64,000 bases of DNA from an uncultured Solirubrobacterales bacterium. GTDB taxonomy: Bacteria; Actinomycetota; Thermoleophilia; Solirubrobacterales; Solirubrobacteraceae. Of the stretch, positions 24,282 to 37,400 are shown one piece after another. The notes beneath the pieces are model-generated. The model saw only the letters and a list, made by a program, of their open reading frames with translations. It had not been told where the DNA came from and searched no databases. The first letter of the stretch is position 1. The number at the start of each line of letters is the position of its first letter. Where the stretch lies: contig CAVYDI010000001.1 in NCBI GenBank assembly GCA_963767295.1, positions 47,820 to 111,819 on the forward strand, given 5' to 3'. Position numbers and translations under genes: made by a program.

Positions 24282-25265
24282 TCACCGATTGACGCTCGAC
24301 ATGTCGGGGTAGCGGTCCCCGGCCGCTGCTCCCGGCGGTGCGGCTTCATCGAGACGGCGGAGATCCTCTTCGCTGAGTTCGAGTTCCGTCGCCGCGACGT
24401 TCTGCTCGAGGTAGACGCGGCGCTTGGTACCTGGGATCGGGACGACGTCCTCGCCCTGGTGGAGCACCCACGCCAGCGCAAGCTGGCCGGGGGTGCAGTC
24501 GTGCTCTCGGGCGAGCTCGTTGACTCGCTGCACCAGGCGCAGGTTGGCGTAGAAGTTCTCGCCCTGAAAGCGGGGGTTATTGCGGCGGAAGTCGCCCTCG
24601 GGGAAGTCGTCGGGCGATGTGAAGCGACCGGTGAGAAAGCCGCGGCCGAGCGGGCTGTAGGCGACCAGCCCGATTTCGAGCTCTCTGAGCAGAGCCAGGA
24701 TCTCGTCCTCGATGTCGCGCGTCCACAGCGAGTACTCGCTCTGCAGGGCGGAGATTGGGTGGACCTGGTGGGCTCTGTGGATCGTCTCGGGCGCGGCCTC
24801 GGAGAGCCCGAGATAGCGCACCTTGCCCGCCTCGATCAGCGACGCCATCGCCCCCACGGTCTCCTCAATCGGCACGTCCGGATCGACGCGGTGCTGGTAG
24901 TAGAGGTCGATGTGATCGACTTCGAGCCGTTTGAGCGACGCGTCGCACGCCTTGACGACATACTCGGGGCGGCCGTTGATACCGCGGCTGGTGGGGTCGT
25001 CGGGATCGCGTTGGAATCCGAACTTCGTCGCGAGCACGACTTCGTCGCGGCGCCCCTCGATCGCGCGGCCGACCAGCCGCTCGTTGGCGCCATGGCCGTA
25101 CGTGTCGGCGGTGTCGAGGAAGTTGACGCCGAGCTCAAGCGCGCGGTGGATAGTGGCGATCGACTCGGCCTCGTCGATCTCGCCGTAGAACTCGGACATG
25201 CCCATACAGCCAAGCCCTTCCTCCGAGACGACCAGACCCTGCGTGCCGAGCCGGGGGTGCTCCAT
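24282..25265 (-). CDS. Aldo/keto reductase
   Basis: [41 protein letters not shown]. Confidence 0.95.
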   Translation of the reverse strand: MEHPRLGTQGLVVSEEGLGCMGMSEFYGEIDEAESIATIHRALELGVNFLDTADTYGHGANERLVGRAIEGRRDEVVLATKFGFQRDPDDPTSRGINGRPEYVVKACDASLKRLEVDHIDLYYQHRVDPDVPIEETVGAMASLIEAGKVRYLGLSEAAPETIHRAHQVHPISALQSEYSLWTRDIEDEILALLRELEIGLVAYSPLGRGFLTGRFTSPDDFPEGDFRRNNPRFQGENFYANLRLVQRVNELAREHDCTPGQLALAWVLHQGEDVVPIPGTKRRVYLEQNVAATELELSEEDLRRLDEAAPPGAAAGDRYPDMSSVNR

Positions 25266-25289
25266 CCGCCCCAGCCTAGCCGGGCCGCG

Positions 25290-26135
25290 TTACTTGCCCC
25301 TGGGGAACCCCTTCAGCAGGCGCGAGAAGATGCCGAACAGCGTCGCGTTGCCATACGGCTGGCTGCCGTCGTGCATGCTCAGCACGGCGATCGAGACGCG
25401 CGTGCACCCGCGAACGAGCAGCGCCACCTGGCTGTCGATCAGCCCCGTGCCATAGCCCCAGCCGCCCTTGAAGTAGAGCCTCCAACCGTGATGGTTCACC
25501 TGCCCGATCCCCCACCGCTCGGAGGGGATGATGTGGTTGAGCAGGTACATCCCGAAAACGCGGTGAGTGGAGACCATGTACTTGTCGATGTGCAGGAAGT
25601 ACTTGGTCTGGTCGCGCGGCGTGATCAAGGTCTCGCCCCAGATGCCCTGTGAATTGGTGGCGAAGTGGGTCATGCCCACCCGGTGGGCGAGCGCCTCGAG
25701 GCCCGCGTTGCCGACCTGGTTATAGATCGTCTGCGCGTCGGTGTTGTTCGACGCCTCGATCATTCCGGTGAGCGTCGCGCGCTCGCCGGAGGTGAGCTTG
25801 CGGTGTGAGACCGACGGCTCGTCGATGTAGGCCGTCAGCAACATGGCCTTGACGACGCTCGCGGACCACTCCTGATGATCGGGCCGGTAGCCCGGATAGA
25901 AATTGTTCTGCGTGGTGCGCACGGAGAAGGCGTGATCGCCCACGCGCGTGCGGGCGAAGGCGAGCGCCGCCTGCGTGCGCGGTTTCCAAAGCTTGGACAG
26001 CGGCTTGTTGTAGCCCGGCACCACGCAGCCCTTCTTGGCCGTCGTGGTCGAAGTGGCGTTGCTCGCGACAGGGACAAGCGCGAGTGCGACGAGCGCCCCG
26101 AATAGCCCCAGCGAGGAGATCAACCTCCTGCGCAC
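25290..26135 (-). CDS. Secreted class A beta-lactamase-like serine hydrolase
   Basis: SASVVKAMLL, SNN and FKGGW motifs; paralogous to the catalytic domain of 12339..13732. Confidence 0.85.
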   Translation of the reverse strand: MRRRLISSLGLFGALVALALVPVASNATSTTTAKKGCVVPGYNKPLSKLWKPRTQAALAFARTRVGDHAFSVRTTQNNFYPGYRPDHQEWSASVVKAMLLTAYIDEPSVSHRKLTSGERATLTGMIEASNNTDAQTIYNQVGNAGLEALAHRVGMTHFATNSQGIWGETLITPRDQTKYFLHIDKYMVSTHRVFGMYLLNHIIPSERWGIGQVNHHGWRLYFKGGWGYGTGLIDSQVALLVRGCTRVSIAVLSMHDGSQPYGNATLFGIFSRLLKGFPRGK

Positions 26136-26182
26136 GGCGACATCATCTCACGAAACGGCTACGACTCACGTTTGATCCATAG

Positions 26183-26641
26183 ATGGCACTTCCGCCCTTC
26201 CAACAGCTGCTCGACGCACACGGTCCCGACGTCCACCGCTTCCTGGTGGCGATCGTGGGCCGCGCCGACGCCGAGGACTGCTACCAGGAGACGTGGATCG
26301 CGGCGCTGCGGGGCTACCCGAAGCTGCGATCCGACGGCAACCTCCGAGGCTGGGTGCTCACCATCGCCCAGCGCAAGGCGGTCGATCACTTCCGAGCGTC
26401 GAGGAGGCGCGCGGAGCCGGTCGCCGAGCTGGACTCTGTCGGCACGTCCAGCGACGGGCTGCCCGAGGTCTGGTCCTTGGTGGGCGAGCTCCCGGCCAAG
26501 CAGCGCACGGCGGTCGCGTTGCGCTTCCTGACCGACTCGCGCTATGCGGAGATCGGGACGGTGATGGGCACCAGCGAGGAGGCCGCGCGACGGAACGTGC
26601 ACGAAGGACTCAAACGACTACGAGCGGAGTATTCGCGATGA
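26183..26641 (+). CDS. ECF RNA polymerase sigma factor
   Basis: DAEDCYQETW region 2; LPAKQR.AV.LRF...Y.EI region 4. Confidence 0.9.
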   Translation: MALPPFQQLLDAHGPDVHRFLVAIVGRADAEDCYQETWIAALRGYPKLRSDGNLRGWVLTIAQRKAVDHFRASRRRAEPVAELDSVGTSSDGLPEVWSLVGELPAKQRTAVALRFLTDSRYAEIGTVMGTSEEAARRNVHEGLKRLRAEYSR

Positions 26642-27243
26642 CTGATCTGGAGCACAAGCTGAGGACGCTGGACGCAGGACCGCCGCCGCCGATCGACGCG
26701 GCCGCCGACGCCGCCGGCATTGTCGACGTCGCATACGCGACGGTTGACTCCCCGGTGGGAACCCTGTTGCTCGCCGCCACCGAGCGCGGGCTGGTGCGGG
26801 TCGCCTACGTCGACGGGCAGGGCGTCGACGGCGTGCTGGAGGCGCTTGCCTCGCGCGTCTCGCCGCGGATCCTGGCGCTGCCGCGGCGACTCGACGCGGG
26901 CCGACGCGAGCTCGAGCAGTACTTCGCCGGGCGCCGCAAGGACTTCGAGCTGCCGCTCGACTGGAGCCTGACGCGCGGCTTCGGGCGGCGGGTCCTGGAG
27001 GCCACCGCCCGCATTCCCTACGGCGGGGTCTCTACCTACAAGCGAGTGGCGTCCGAGGCCGGCAGCCCACGCGGCTCGCGCGCCGCGGGGAATGCGCTCG
27101 GCGCGAACCCGCTGCCGATCGTGGTGCCCTGTCACCGCGTGCTGCACACGACCGGCGGACTCGGGGGGTATACCGGCGGGCTCGAGCGCAAGGTCGCGCT
27201 GCTGGAGGTCGAGGGGTACATGCCGCCCTCGGGCGGGGCGTAG
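26638..27243 (+). CDS. ogt: Methylated-DNA--protein-cysteine methyltransferase
   Basis: IPYG...TY, RAAGNALGANP.PIVVPCHRV active site; ATGA overlap with the sigma gene. Confidence 0.93.
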   Translation: MTDLEHKLRTLDAGPPPPIDAAADAAGIVDVAYATVDSPVGTLLLAATERGLVRVAYVDGQGVDGVLEALASRVSPRILALPRRLDAGRRELEQYFAGRRKDFELPLDWSLTRGFGRRVLEATARIPYGGVSTYKRVASEAGSPRGSRAAGNALGANPLPIVVPCHRVLHTTGGLGGYTGGLERKVALLEVEGYMPPSGGA

Positions 27244-27307
27244 CCGTCGATCGCCGCGGGTCCTGGCGCGCCCGATCACAAAAGCCCAAAGTTCGGGCCC
27301 CGGCTGA

Positions 27308-29422
<2,115 letters not shown>

Positions 29423-29430
29423 GAGGCACC

Positions 29431-30402
29431 GTGGACTTTTTGAAACCCGTGCGCGCGCTCGACCGCGTCCAGCAGCGCCATAAGTGGCTGGCGATCCCCT
29501 TCGCGGTCATCAAGAAGTTTTCCGACGACGGCGCCGGCGGATTGGCCGCCCTGATCGCCTACTACGCCTTCTTTTCCCTCTTCCCGCTGCTGTTGGTGTT
29601 CGTGACCGTGCTCGGGTACGTCTTTCAGGGCAACCACAGCTTCGAGCACTCGGTCGAGAACTCAGTGCTCGCCCACTTCCCGATCGTGGGCGGCCAGTTG
29701 CGCACCCACCAGTTGAGCGGTCGCGTCGCGGGCGTCGTGATCGGCGGGCTCCTCTCGCTTTGGGCGGGGCTCGGGATCACCCAGGCGGCCCAGAACGCCT
29801 TTGACCACGTGTGGGCGGTGCCGATGAAGTCGCGGCCGGACTTTCTTTCAAAGCGCTTGCGCGGGCTCGCGCTGCTCGCCATCCTGGGCACGCTGTTCGT
29901 CGCATCAACCGTCGTGTCAGGGCTGGTGTCAGGTGGGCTGGGTGGCGTCGGCACCAAGATCGCGGGAATTGCGATCTCGCTGCTGCTCAACTTTGCGCTC
30001 TTCACGGCAGCGTTCCGTTTGCTTACGACGGCGACGGTGCCGACGCGCTGTCTTTGGATCGGGGCCGCGATCGGGGGCGTCTTGTGGGAAATCCTCCAGA
30101 TCGGCGGCGGCCTCTACGTCCATCACGTGATCCAGAGCTCGAGCAACACATACGGGGTGTTCGCGACCGTTCTTGGCCTGCTCGCGTGGCTTCACCTCGG
30201 CGCCCAGCTGACGCTGTACGCGGCCGAGATCAACGTGGTGGTGATGCGTCGGCTATGGCCCCGGAGCCTGCTCGGGCCGCCTTCTGCACCGGCGGACCAG
30301 GCCACTTTGCGCGGGCTCGCCGAGGTGCAGGAGCGCGCCGAGGAGGAAACGATCAAGGTGGAGTTCGACACGCCGGCCGAGAGCGGCCAGGAGCGCTCCT
30401 AG
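29431..30402 (+). CDS. YihY/virulence factor BrkB family membrane protein
   Basis: AALIAYYAFFSLFPLLL and YGVFATVLGLLAWLHL..Q.TLYAAE.N. Confidence 0.9.
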   Translation: MDFLKPVRALDRVQQRHKWLAIPFAVIKKFSDDGAGGLAALIAYYAFFSLFPLLLVFVTVLGYVFQGNHSFEHSVENSVLAHFPIVGGQLRTHQLSGRVAGVVIGGLLSLWAGLGITQAAQNAFDHVWAVPMKSRPDFLSKRLRGLALLAILGTLFVASTVVSGLVSGGLGGVGTKIAGIAISLLLNFALFTAAFRLLTTATVPTRCLWIGAAIGGVLWEILQIGGGLYVHHVIQSSSNTYGVFATVLGLLAWLHLGAQLTLYAAEINVVVMRRLWPRSLLGPPSAPADQATLRGLAEVQERAEEETIKVEFDTPAESGQERS

Positions 30403-30523
30403 CTGGCGCTGCTGGACAGCCCGAGGATTTGGCGGCCGTGCTTCTGCGCGGCGTTTAGGGCGCGAAGGCCGGTTGTTCAGCTACCGTGTGCTCGGGGCCG
30501 AGCTCTAGATCCAGGGGGTTTCT

Positions 30524-31276
30524 ATGCGTAGGTGTTCCTTGCTGTCGGCCGCGGCCGCGGCGGTGGTGAGTCTGTCCGGTTTCGCCGGCCAGGCCTCAGC
30601 ATCACCCGGGCCGCTTCTGGGAGGTTGGCTTCACCCTTGGCCTACCGCCACAAGCGCGCCAAGCGTCACGTCTGCTCCCGCCACTCCTTCGTCGTTTATC
30701 GCGGGCTATGGCTCCGACACCACGTTTCCGTCGCTCAACCTGACCACGACATTCGTCGTGCCGACGGTCAAATGTGGTCATAAGAGACGCGAGCTCGGTG
30801 TCGGCATCACCACTTTGAGCCCAGGCGGGGCGCAGGCGGTGTTGCTCGTAACTGGGTGCCAAGGCGGCAAATCCATTTATGTCCCGGTCGTCGCTACTAG
30901 CGCCACGAGAAAACGGGGCCGCGCGGTGCATCCAGGCGACAAAGTGGTCCTGCATGAGAAGGCAAACTCCACAAGCGAGGCCTTGTCATTTATAGACAAG
31001 ACCCACCCGAAAGCCACAACAAAGCTGACTACAACGGGCGACTCTTCTTTTTCCCCGGCGATCGGGGACTACAAGAACACGTCCAATGGCAGTGGGTACC
31101 CCATCCCAAACTTCGGGAAGATCACTTTCACAAATACCAAGCTCAACGGTCAGCCGTTTGGAACCACCCCGTTGACCCGGTTCGACATGGTTAATAGCAG
31201 CACCGTAATCCAGATCGCCACGAGTCCGTTCGTCAGCAACAACGAGTCGTTCAAGACGACGTTCAAGCATTCCTAG
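30524..31276 (+). CDS. Secreted beta-sandwich protein, weakly G1 (eqolisin) peptidase-like
   Basis: Signal peptide; AGY..., FVVP.VKC and FG.ITFTN patterns; catalytic residues not evident. Confidence 0.6.
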   Translation: MRRCSLLSAAAAAVVSLSGFAGQASASPGPLLGGWLHPWPTATSAPSVTSAPATPSSFIAGYGSDTTFPSLNLTTTFVVPTVKCGHKRRELGVGITTLSPGGAQAVLLVTGCQGGKSIYVPVVATSATRKRGRAVHPGDKVVLHEKANSTSEALSFIDKTHPKATTKLTTTGDSSFSPAIGDYKNTSNGSGYPIPNFGKITFTNTKLNGQPFGTTPLTRFDMVNSSTVIQIATSPFVSNNESFKTTFKHS

Positions 31277-31289
31277 GCAGAGCTGGCAC

Positions 31290-31320
31290 TCCAGGGGGTC
31301 GCGCGGACGCGGCCCCCGGA
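31290..31320 (+). terminator. GC hairpin downstream of 30524..31276
   Basis: gggggtcgcg-cgga-cgcggccccc stem-loop. Confidence 0.5.
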
Positions 31321-31454
31321 GAACTCTGCTAGCTCTCGAAAAGCGGCCCGGCCAGCGCAGCTGCTCTGAAGGCGCTGCGCGCCAGTGGCCGCAACTGGCA
31401 ACTGTTCGGCTACTGTCCGACTGGGGCCGACGTTCATCGCTAGGGGGGTTTGTT

Positions 31455-32226
31455 ATGCGCAGACGTTCTCTGCTACCGGCTGCGGCTGTCGCCGCGGCGG
31501 CAATGCTTGGATTCGCCGGCCCGGCCTCAGCGTCCTCCGGGACTGCTGGTGCACCGCTCTGGGACCACGGCAAACCATCCGTCAAGGGTGCGCCGAGCGC
31601 CAAGTCCGCTCCGGCCACCAATGCCCCGTTCTTCGCCGGCTACTACTACGACGGGGGCCTACCTTCGGCCAATGTGACCACTTCGTTCACGGTGCCGAAG
31701 GTCAAATGCGGCCATACGAAAAGCTTGGTTGGTACCGGGGTGGCCACTTTCAGCATGTCCGGGCTCGAGGCGGTGCTGGTCGAGGTTGGCTGCAAAAAGG
31801 GCAGTGCTCACTACGACTCCATCCTCTTCAGCGGCACCCACACCAAGCACGGCGCAGCTGCGCCCAGGGCTGGCGACAAGCTCGTGCTACATGAGAAGGC
31901 CACCTCGACACGCGTGTCCTTGTCATTCATCGACAAGACGAACCCGAAAGCCAGCGCAAAGCTGAGTACCCCTGGCGACAGCGGTTTTTCTCCTGAGATC
32001 GGGGAATTGAAGCCGATCGCACAAGGTCGGCGGGAAGTCCGTGCCCTACCACGTCCCGGAGTTCAAGCAGATCACCTTCACGAACTCCAAGCTCAACGGC
32101 CAGCCATTTGGAGGCTTCCCCGTGACCCGGTACGACATGGTCAATGGAGCCATGACGGTCCAGATCGCGACGGGCTCGCTCGCAAGTAATAACGAGTCGT
32201 TCAAGTCGGCCTTCAAACACTCCTAG
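31455..32226 (+). CDS. Tandem paralogue of 30524..31276, frameshift near 32015
   Basis: Collinear N-terminus in 31455..32189; C-terminus QITFTNSKLNGQPFG...FKHS in 32041..32226. Confidence 0.7.
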
Positions 32227-32248
32227 GCCTCAGCGCCGGTATCCGTTT

Positions 32249-32279
32249 TCCGGGGTCGCGCGGGTCGCGCGGCCCCGGA
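32249..32279 (+). terminator. GC hairpin paralogous to 31290..31320
   Basis: tccggggtcgcgcg-ggt-cgcgcggccccgga. Confidence 0.5.
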
Positions 32280-32399
32280 GAGAGCTCCGGGCACCCACCG
32301 CGTCGCCCTGGAAGCGAGATCCTGTTCGGGTGGTGATCCGCTAATCCTGGGGTGGATGCCTGGGGCGAAGCACCTCTTTCCAGCTGATACTTCCCGTTT

Positions 32400-32810
32400 A
32401 TGAGGGCGGCGGCGAGACCGAATCGAGGGCGGCGGCTGCGGCATACCGCCGGGCTGGCCCTCCTTGCGTTGTTCTTGATCCCCGCCGCTTCGGTTGCACG
32501 GCAGCTGGCCACACACCAAGAACGGACGGCCGTTACGAACGCGACCCACACGGGCTACCCGGCGCGTTGCGCACGGGTTTGGATATCGACCGCTGACTCG
32601 CACTGGGCGCTGTGGGAGGTCCGAGGCCCGCTTGCGAAGGGTTGTCCGCTTCCGAGCGGAAACGGCTACATCCTGCTTCATCGCATCAAAGCCGGACGTT
32701 GGCGGATCGACACCGAAGGCGATATCGGTTCATGCCTGTTGGGGCGTCCGTTGCCGTGGGTCCATCAGCCCCGCATTCCGGCGCGCGTCGCGCAAGACCT
32801 TCGCTGCTGA
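32400..32810 (+). CDS. Small secreted/membrane hypothetical protein
   Basis: Hydrophobic N-terminal segment; four Cys. Confidence 0.55.
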   Translation: MRAAARPNRGRRLRHTAGLALLALFLIPAASVARQLATHQERTAVTNATHTGYPARCARVWISTADSHWALWEVRGPLAKGCPLPSGNGYILLHRIKAGRWRIDTEGDIGSCLLGRPLPWVHQPRIPARVAQDLRC

Positions 32811-32999
32811 GCCGAGCGCTGGCGTGGCGCCGAGAAGAGCCGTTTGAGCGCATTAACTAGGGTCGCACCCTGGGGCGAAGGCCGGCCTTTTCACGGATAC
32901 TGACAACACGCAAGCAAGGACCGCTTTGATGCACCGTCTCCCCGCCGAGCACAGACTTGACTTTGACGGCGCCGATCCTCAGCGCCAGAGTGGGCGCGT

Positions 33000-34445
33000 A
33001 TGAGGGGCGTTCGCGCACTGCTGCCGTTTTTGGGCACGTTGGCTTTGGTGGCGTTTGCTGCCCCTGCCGCCCACGCGGGGGAGCCGGTCGTCGGCCTGGT
33101 TTCGAGTTCGGCCAGCGACCTGACGCCGTCGATACCCGGCGGGCAGTGCTACCCGACCGCTGACCAGAATCTGTGCCGGCGTGTGATGGTGCTCAAGCAC
33201 ATCGGCAACTGGATCTATGCCGGCGGGATCATCGACAGCGTGACCGACCGGACCACCGGCGTGACCACGTCGGGGTTTCACAACATCTTCCGCTTCAGCG
33301 CCCTCACCGGAGCGGTCGATACCTCGTGGAAGCCACAGTTCTACAGGTCGGCGCAGTCCAACAACACCACCGCCTACCTCGACTCGCAAGTGACCGGGAT
33401 CGACAGCGACGGGGCGAACACGATTTATGTGTCGGGCCAATTCACTCAGGTTGCTCCGTCGCCGGGCGCGACCGGAGTGGCGCGGCGCGGCGTGGCCGCG
33501 GTCAGCGCCACCGACGGGTCGGTCCTGCCGTTTAACGCCCACGTGTGCGTGGGCGGCGGCGGCTGCATCGTCAACGATGTGGCATACGTCCACGGCACGC
33601 TGTGGCTGGGCGGCACCTTCACCTTCATCAACAAGCAGCCGGTCACCGCGCTGGCGTTCGTCGATCCGGCCACCGGCGCGGCAACGGGCACCCAGATCCC
33701 GATCTCGGGTCAGGTCACAACCACGACGCCCACCAAGGTGTGGCAGTTCGCGATCAACCCGCAGCAGACACAGGCGGCGATGATCGGCAACTACACCACG
33801 GTCGGCGGCGCCTCGCACCACGAGGTCGCGGTACTGGACATCAACTTCGACGGCACGGCCACCACCAACGCTTGGAATGACCCCACCAACCTGGACGCCA
33901 GCAATGCGAGCAACTGCAGCGCGTCTGACACATGGGCCCGCGGGGTGGACTGGGATCCCACGGGCACCTACTTCGACATCGCGGCCAGCGGCGGCGGCGG
34001 CTTTGACGCCTTCGGCGCCCACGGCGCGCTGTGCGACGCCTTCTCCCGTTTCCAAAGCGACGGCAACCCCAACACGCCACACCCGCTGATCGTCAACGTC
34101 ACCGGATTCGATTCGCTGTTCACCGTCGACGACACCGGTCAATACGTGTACACCGGCGGGCACAACAAGTCGCTCAACCACGCGGTCTACATCAACGGCG
34201 TCAAGGTCAAGGCCACTCAGGAAGACCACTACGGAATCGGCGCGATCGACGTCAACCCTGTCGATCCGGGTTACGGCAAGGCCGTCACCAGCTTCAACAA
34301 CTCCACCACCACCGGCCGTGGAGCCGGCTGGGCATCATCTCTAAGCGTCACCGGTGCGGGGGTCTACGTCGGCGGCGACGCAACGACGGTGGGACCCGAC
34401 ACCACCATCAAACGGCTCGCCTTCTTCCCGGCCATCGGCAGTTAG
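33000..34445 (+). CDS. Secreted beta-propeller-like protein
   Basis: Signal peptide; IYAGG, YVSGQFT, WLGGTFT, YTGGH and YVGGD blade motifs. Confidence 0.8.
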   Translation: MRGVRALLPFLGTLALVAFAAPAAHAGEPVVGLVSSSASDLTPSIPGGQCYPTADQNLCRRVMVLKHIGNWIYAGGIIDSVTDRTTGVTTSGFHNIFRFSALTGAVDTSWKPQFYRSAQSNNTTAYLDSQVTGIDSDGANTIYVSGQFTQVAPSPGATGVARRGVAAVSATDGSVLPFNAHVCVGGGGCIVNDVAYVHGTLWLGGTFTFINKQPVTALAFVDPATGAATGTQIPISGQVTTTTPTKVWQFAINPQQTQAAMIGNYTTVGGASHHEVAVLDINFDGTATTNAWNDPTNLDASNASNCSASDTWARGVDWDPTGTYFDIAASGGGGFDAFGAHGALCDAFSRFQSDGNPNTPHPLIVNVTGFDSLFTVDDTGQYVYTGGHNKSLNHAVYINGVKVKATQEDHYGIGAIDVNPVDPGYGKAVTSFNNSTTTGRGAGWASSLSVTGAGVYVGGDATTVGPDTTIKRLAFFPAIGS

Positions 34446-34461
34446 CCGGCCAGCGCCGCCT

Positions 34462-37400
34462 CTACCGTCGCGTCATCGCGAGCGGCCACGGACAAAGGCC
34501 ACCCTCTACGGGACAGCCCCGGCAGATCGCGCGGCCCGGCTGTTCGGTCACCGCGAACTCTCGTAGCTCGATCGCATCCGCCAGATCTTTGAGTTCGCGC
34601 TCCAGTCGCCCCATCTCCGCGCGACTGAAGACCGCCGTCGCGGGCTGGTCGGGCCGCTCGAGGAAGGCGTGGGCGACCTCAACCTCGACCGCGCCCGCGC
34701 GCAACGCCGCCAGCGCATACACGAGCCGCTGGGTCGCATACGCAGAGGTGACGAGCTGCTCGACCTCGAGCCCCTCGAGCCGGTCGGTCTTGTAGTCCAC
34801 GACCAGCATCCGTTCGCCCGGTTCGCCAGCCACCGCGTCGAGGATGCCGGTGACCATCGGGCCGTTTTCGAGCAAGAAACCGAACCGCTGCTCGCGCCGC
34901 ACCCAGCTCGCGCGCGCAAGCCGCTGTGCCAGCGGACTGGCGGCGAAGACCATCAACAGGTCGGTCAGTTCTTCGTCGGGCGGGGTGGGCACGCCCACCA
35001 GACGAGCGGCCTTCGCGACCGTCTCAGAGTCCGGTCGCTGCGGGCGGGCGAAATCGAAGCGCTCGAGCAGTGCGTGGCCCAAAACGCCGCGTTCGCTTGC
35101 CGTCAACCCGACTGAGGCGGCCGCACCCTCCTGCGCAGCGGGCTCGTCGTCGGTCGCAGACGGCAGGCCCAGGACGCGCTCCATGTAGAAGCGGTAGCCG
35201 CAGCGCCGGTACTCGGTCAGCGAGGAGTAGCTGAGTGCCGGCAGCGCGAGTGGTGCGCGATCGGCCTCCCCCGCTCGCGGCTCAAACCGAGCATCGACAG
35301 ACGCCGCCGGTCGTGCTACGCCAGCCGCGGCCGGCCCAGCCAACGCCATCGGCGGCCTCACGATCACCGGCGCCACGCCGGCCGCGGCCATGGCGCGAGC
35401 GATCCAGCCGATGGGGGCGCCGCGATCGTTGAGCACCAGGTTCCCGTCCGGTTCAAGCCGGGCGGCGCCCGAAAGGATCAGGCGCTCGCGCGCGCGTGTC
35501 ATGGCTACGTAGAACAGGCGGCGCTCCTCGGCGGCATCGGCCTCCTGGTATTCGTCGCACAGTGATCGGTGGTCCAGCACTGGCACCGGCTTGCCCGTCC
35601 CCGGCCAGGCCAGCCGCAGGCCAACTCGCCCGTCGCGCCCCACCACCAGGATGTCCGAAGAGCGCCCGCGCGGCGTCTCGCGCCCGAGGTCTGCCACGCA
35701 GACGATCTCGAATTCGAGCCCCTTGGCGCGGTGAATGGTCATCAACCGCACCGCGTCCAGCGCCTCTCCTTCCACCGGCGCTTCGCTCTCCTCGGCGGCA
35801 CCTCCGCCGGCCATGGTCCGGGCGTGCACAAATTCAAGAAAGCCCCGCAGGTCGGGCCCATACGACGCTGCGTACTCGCGCCCCAGCCGCATCAGCTTGC
35901 GCACGTTGGCGAGCCGGCGCTCGCCGCCTGCAAGCGCCAGCGTCGCGAGGTCGTACCCGGTCTGCGCCAGCGCGCGCTCGATCAACTCCTCGACCGACGC
36001 GCGCGCTGCCAGTTCTCGCTCGGCGCCGAACCTGTCGGCAAAGGTCGCCAACTGCTCCCGCTCAACGGAAGCGATCTCGTGCAACAGATCCCGGCCTTCG
36101 CTCAGCACCGACCACGGCTCGCGGTCGGCGTCGCGGGCTGCGGCCGCGAGCAGGACCAGCGCGTCGAGCGAGACCCCCACCAGCGGCGAGACGAGCACCG
36201 TGTACAGCGCCTCCTGGTCGCGGGGGTTGGCGAGCGCGCGCAGATAGGCGAGCAGGTCGATCACCTGCGGGTGTGACCAGTAGCCGCGTCCGCCGATCAC
36301 GTAGGTGGGGACGCCGCGGTCTTCGAGCGCGCGCTCGTAGCAGCGCATGTCGGTCGTCGCGCGCGTCAGCAGCACGATTTCTCGCGGGGCGGCGCCGTCG
36401 TCGACGAGCTCGCGTACTCGAGCCGCCAGCGCGCGCGCCTCGGCCAACCGCCACGCGGTGGCGGCGCCCGCCTGCGCAGGCCACTCGGCACTTTTGTCGA
36501 CGAGCAAGAGCTCGACGGGCCGCTCGAGGTCCCCCACTGGCGACCGCCCGGCCAGCAGCTGCCGGAAGCGATCGCCGAGCTCAGCCGTGAATGCGTCGTT
36601 TAGGACGTCGATGATCTCCGCGCGCGAGCGGAAGTTGGTCGCGAGCGTTCTGCGGCTATCGGTCAGCTCGAGCCGCTTGCCGAGCTGCTCGAATAGCTCC
36701 ACCTCTGCGTGTCTAAAGCCGTAGATTGACTGCAGCGCGTCTCCGACTGCGAACAAATTGTCGCGTGCGATCGCCTGGATCAGCTCAAGCTGCACCGCGT
36801 TGACGTCCTGAAGCTCGTCGACCATGACCCGCTCGAAGCGGCGCGCGTAGCGGTCGCGCACCTGGGGCTCTGAGATGAACAGGTCGCGCGCGATCAGCTC
36901 GAGATCCGCGAAATCGAGCCCTGAGGTCGCTCGTTTGCGCTGCGTATACAACACGCCGAAGCGCTGCAGCAGTCCGTCCAGCAGCCCGTAAACGCGCGCG
37001 GCGTACTCGTACGGAAACTCTTCGTCCCCTTGCTGGGGCGGAAAGGCCGGCAGGCGCGGCTCTCGCTGCCCGCGCGAGCGCAGCTCCGCATAGGTCCCGC
37101 GGACGGCTCCCCGGAGCGGCTCGGGCCGATAGGACGCAATCAGGTCGGTCCCGTCTTGCCCGCTCGCGGCAAGCTCCGCCAGCGCTTCGTCGAATGCCGC
37201 AACGGCCAGTCCGCGGGCGTCAGGCTCGTCGAGCACGGTGAACTCAGGGTCAAGCCCCGCAGCCAGCGCCTGCGCGCGCAGCACGCGGGCGCAGAAACCG
37301 TGGATGGTCGAGATGAACGCCCCCTCGGTCGCGCGTGCCGCTGTCTCGGCCCCCAGCGCTCGCAGCCGTAGGCGGATGCGGTCGCGTAGCTCCGCCGCGG

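Noticed and set aside
32979-34229. Long antisense/alternate-frame ORFs here and elsewhere (e.g. 23937..25652, 27607..29322, 57532..59004)
   Set aside because: Shadow ORFs typical of high-GC DNA; they overlap motif-bearing genes and are Arg/Ala/Pro-rich without domains.
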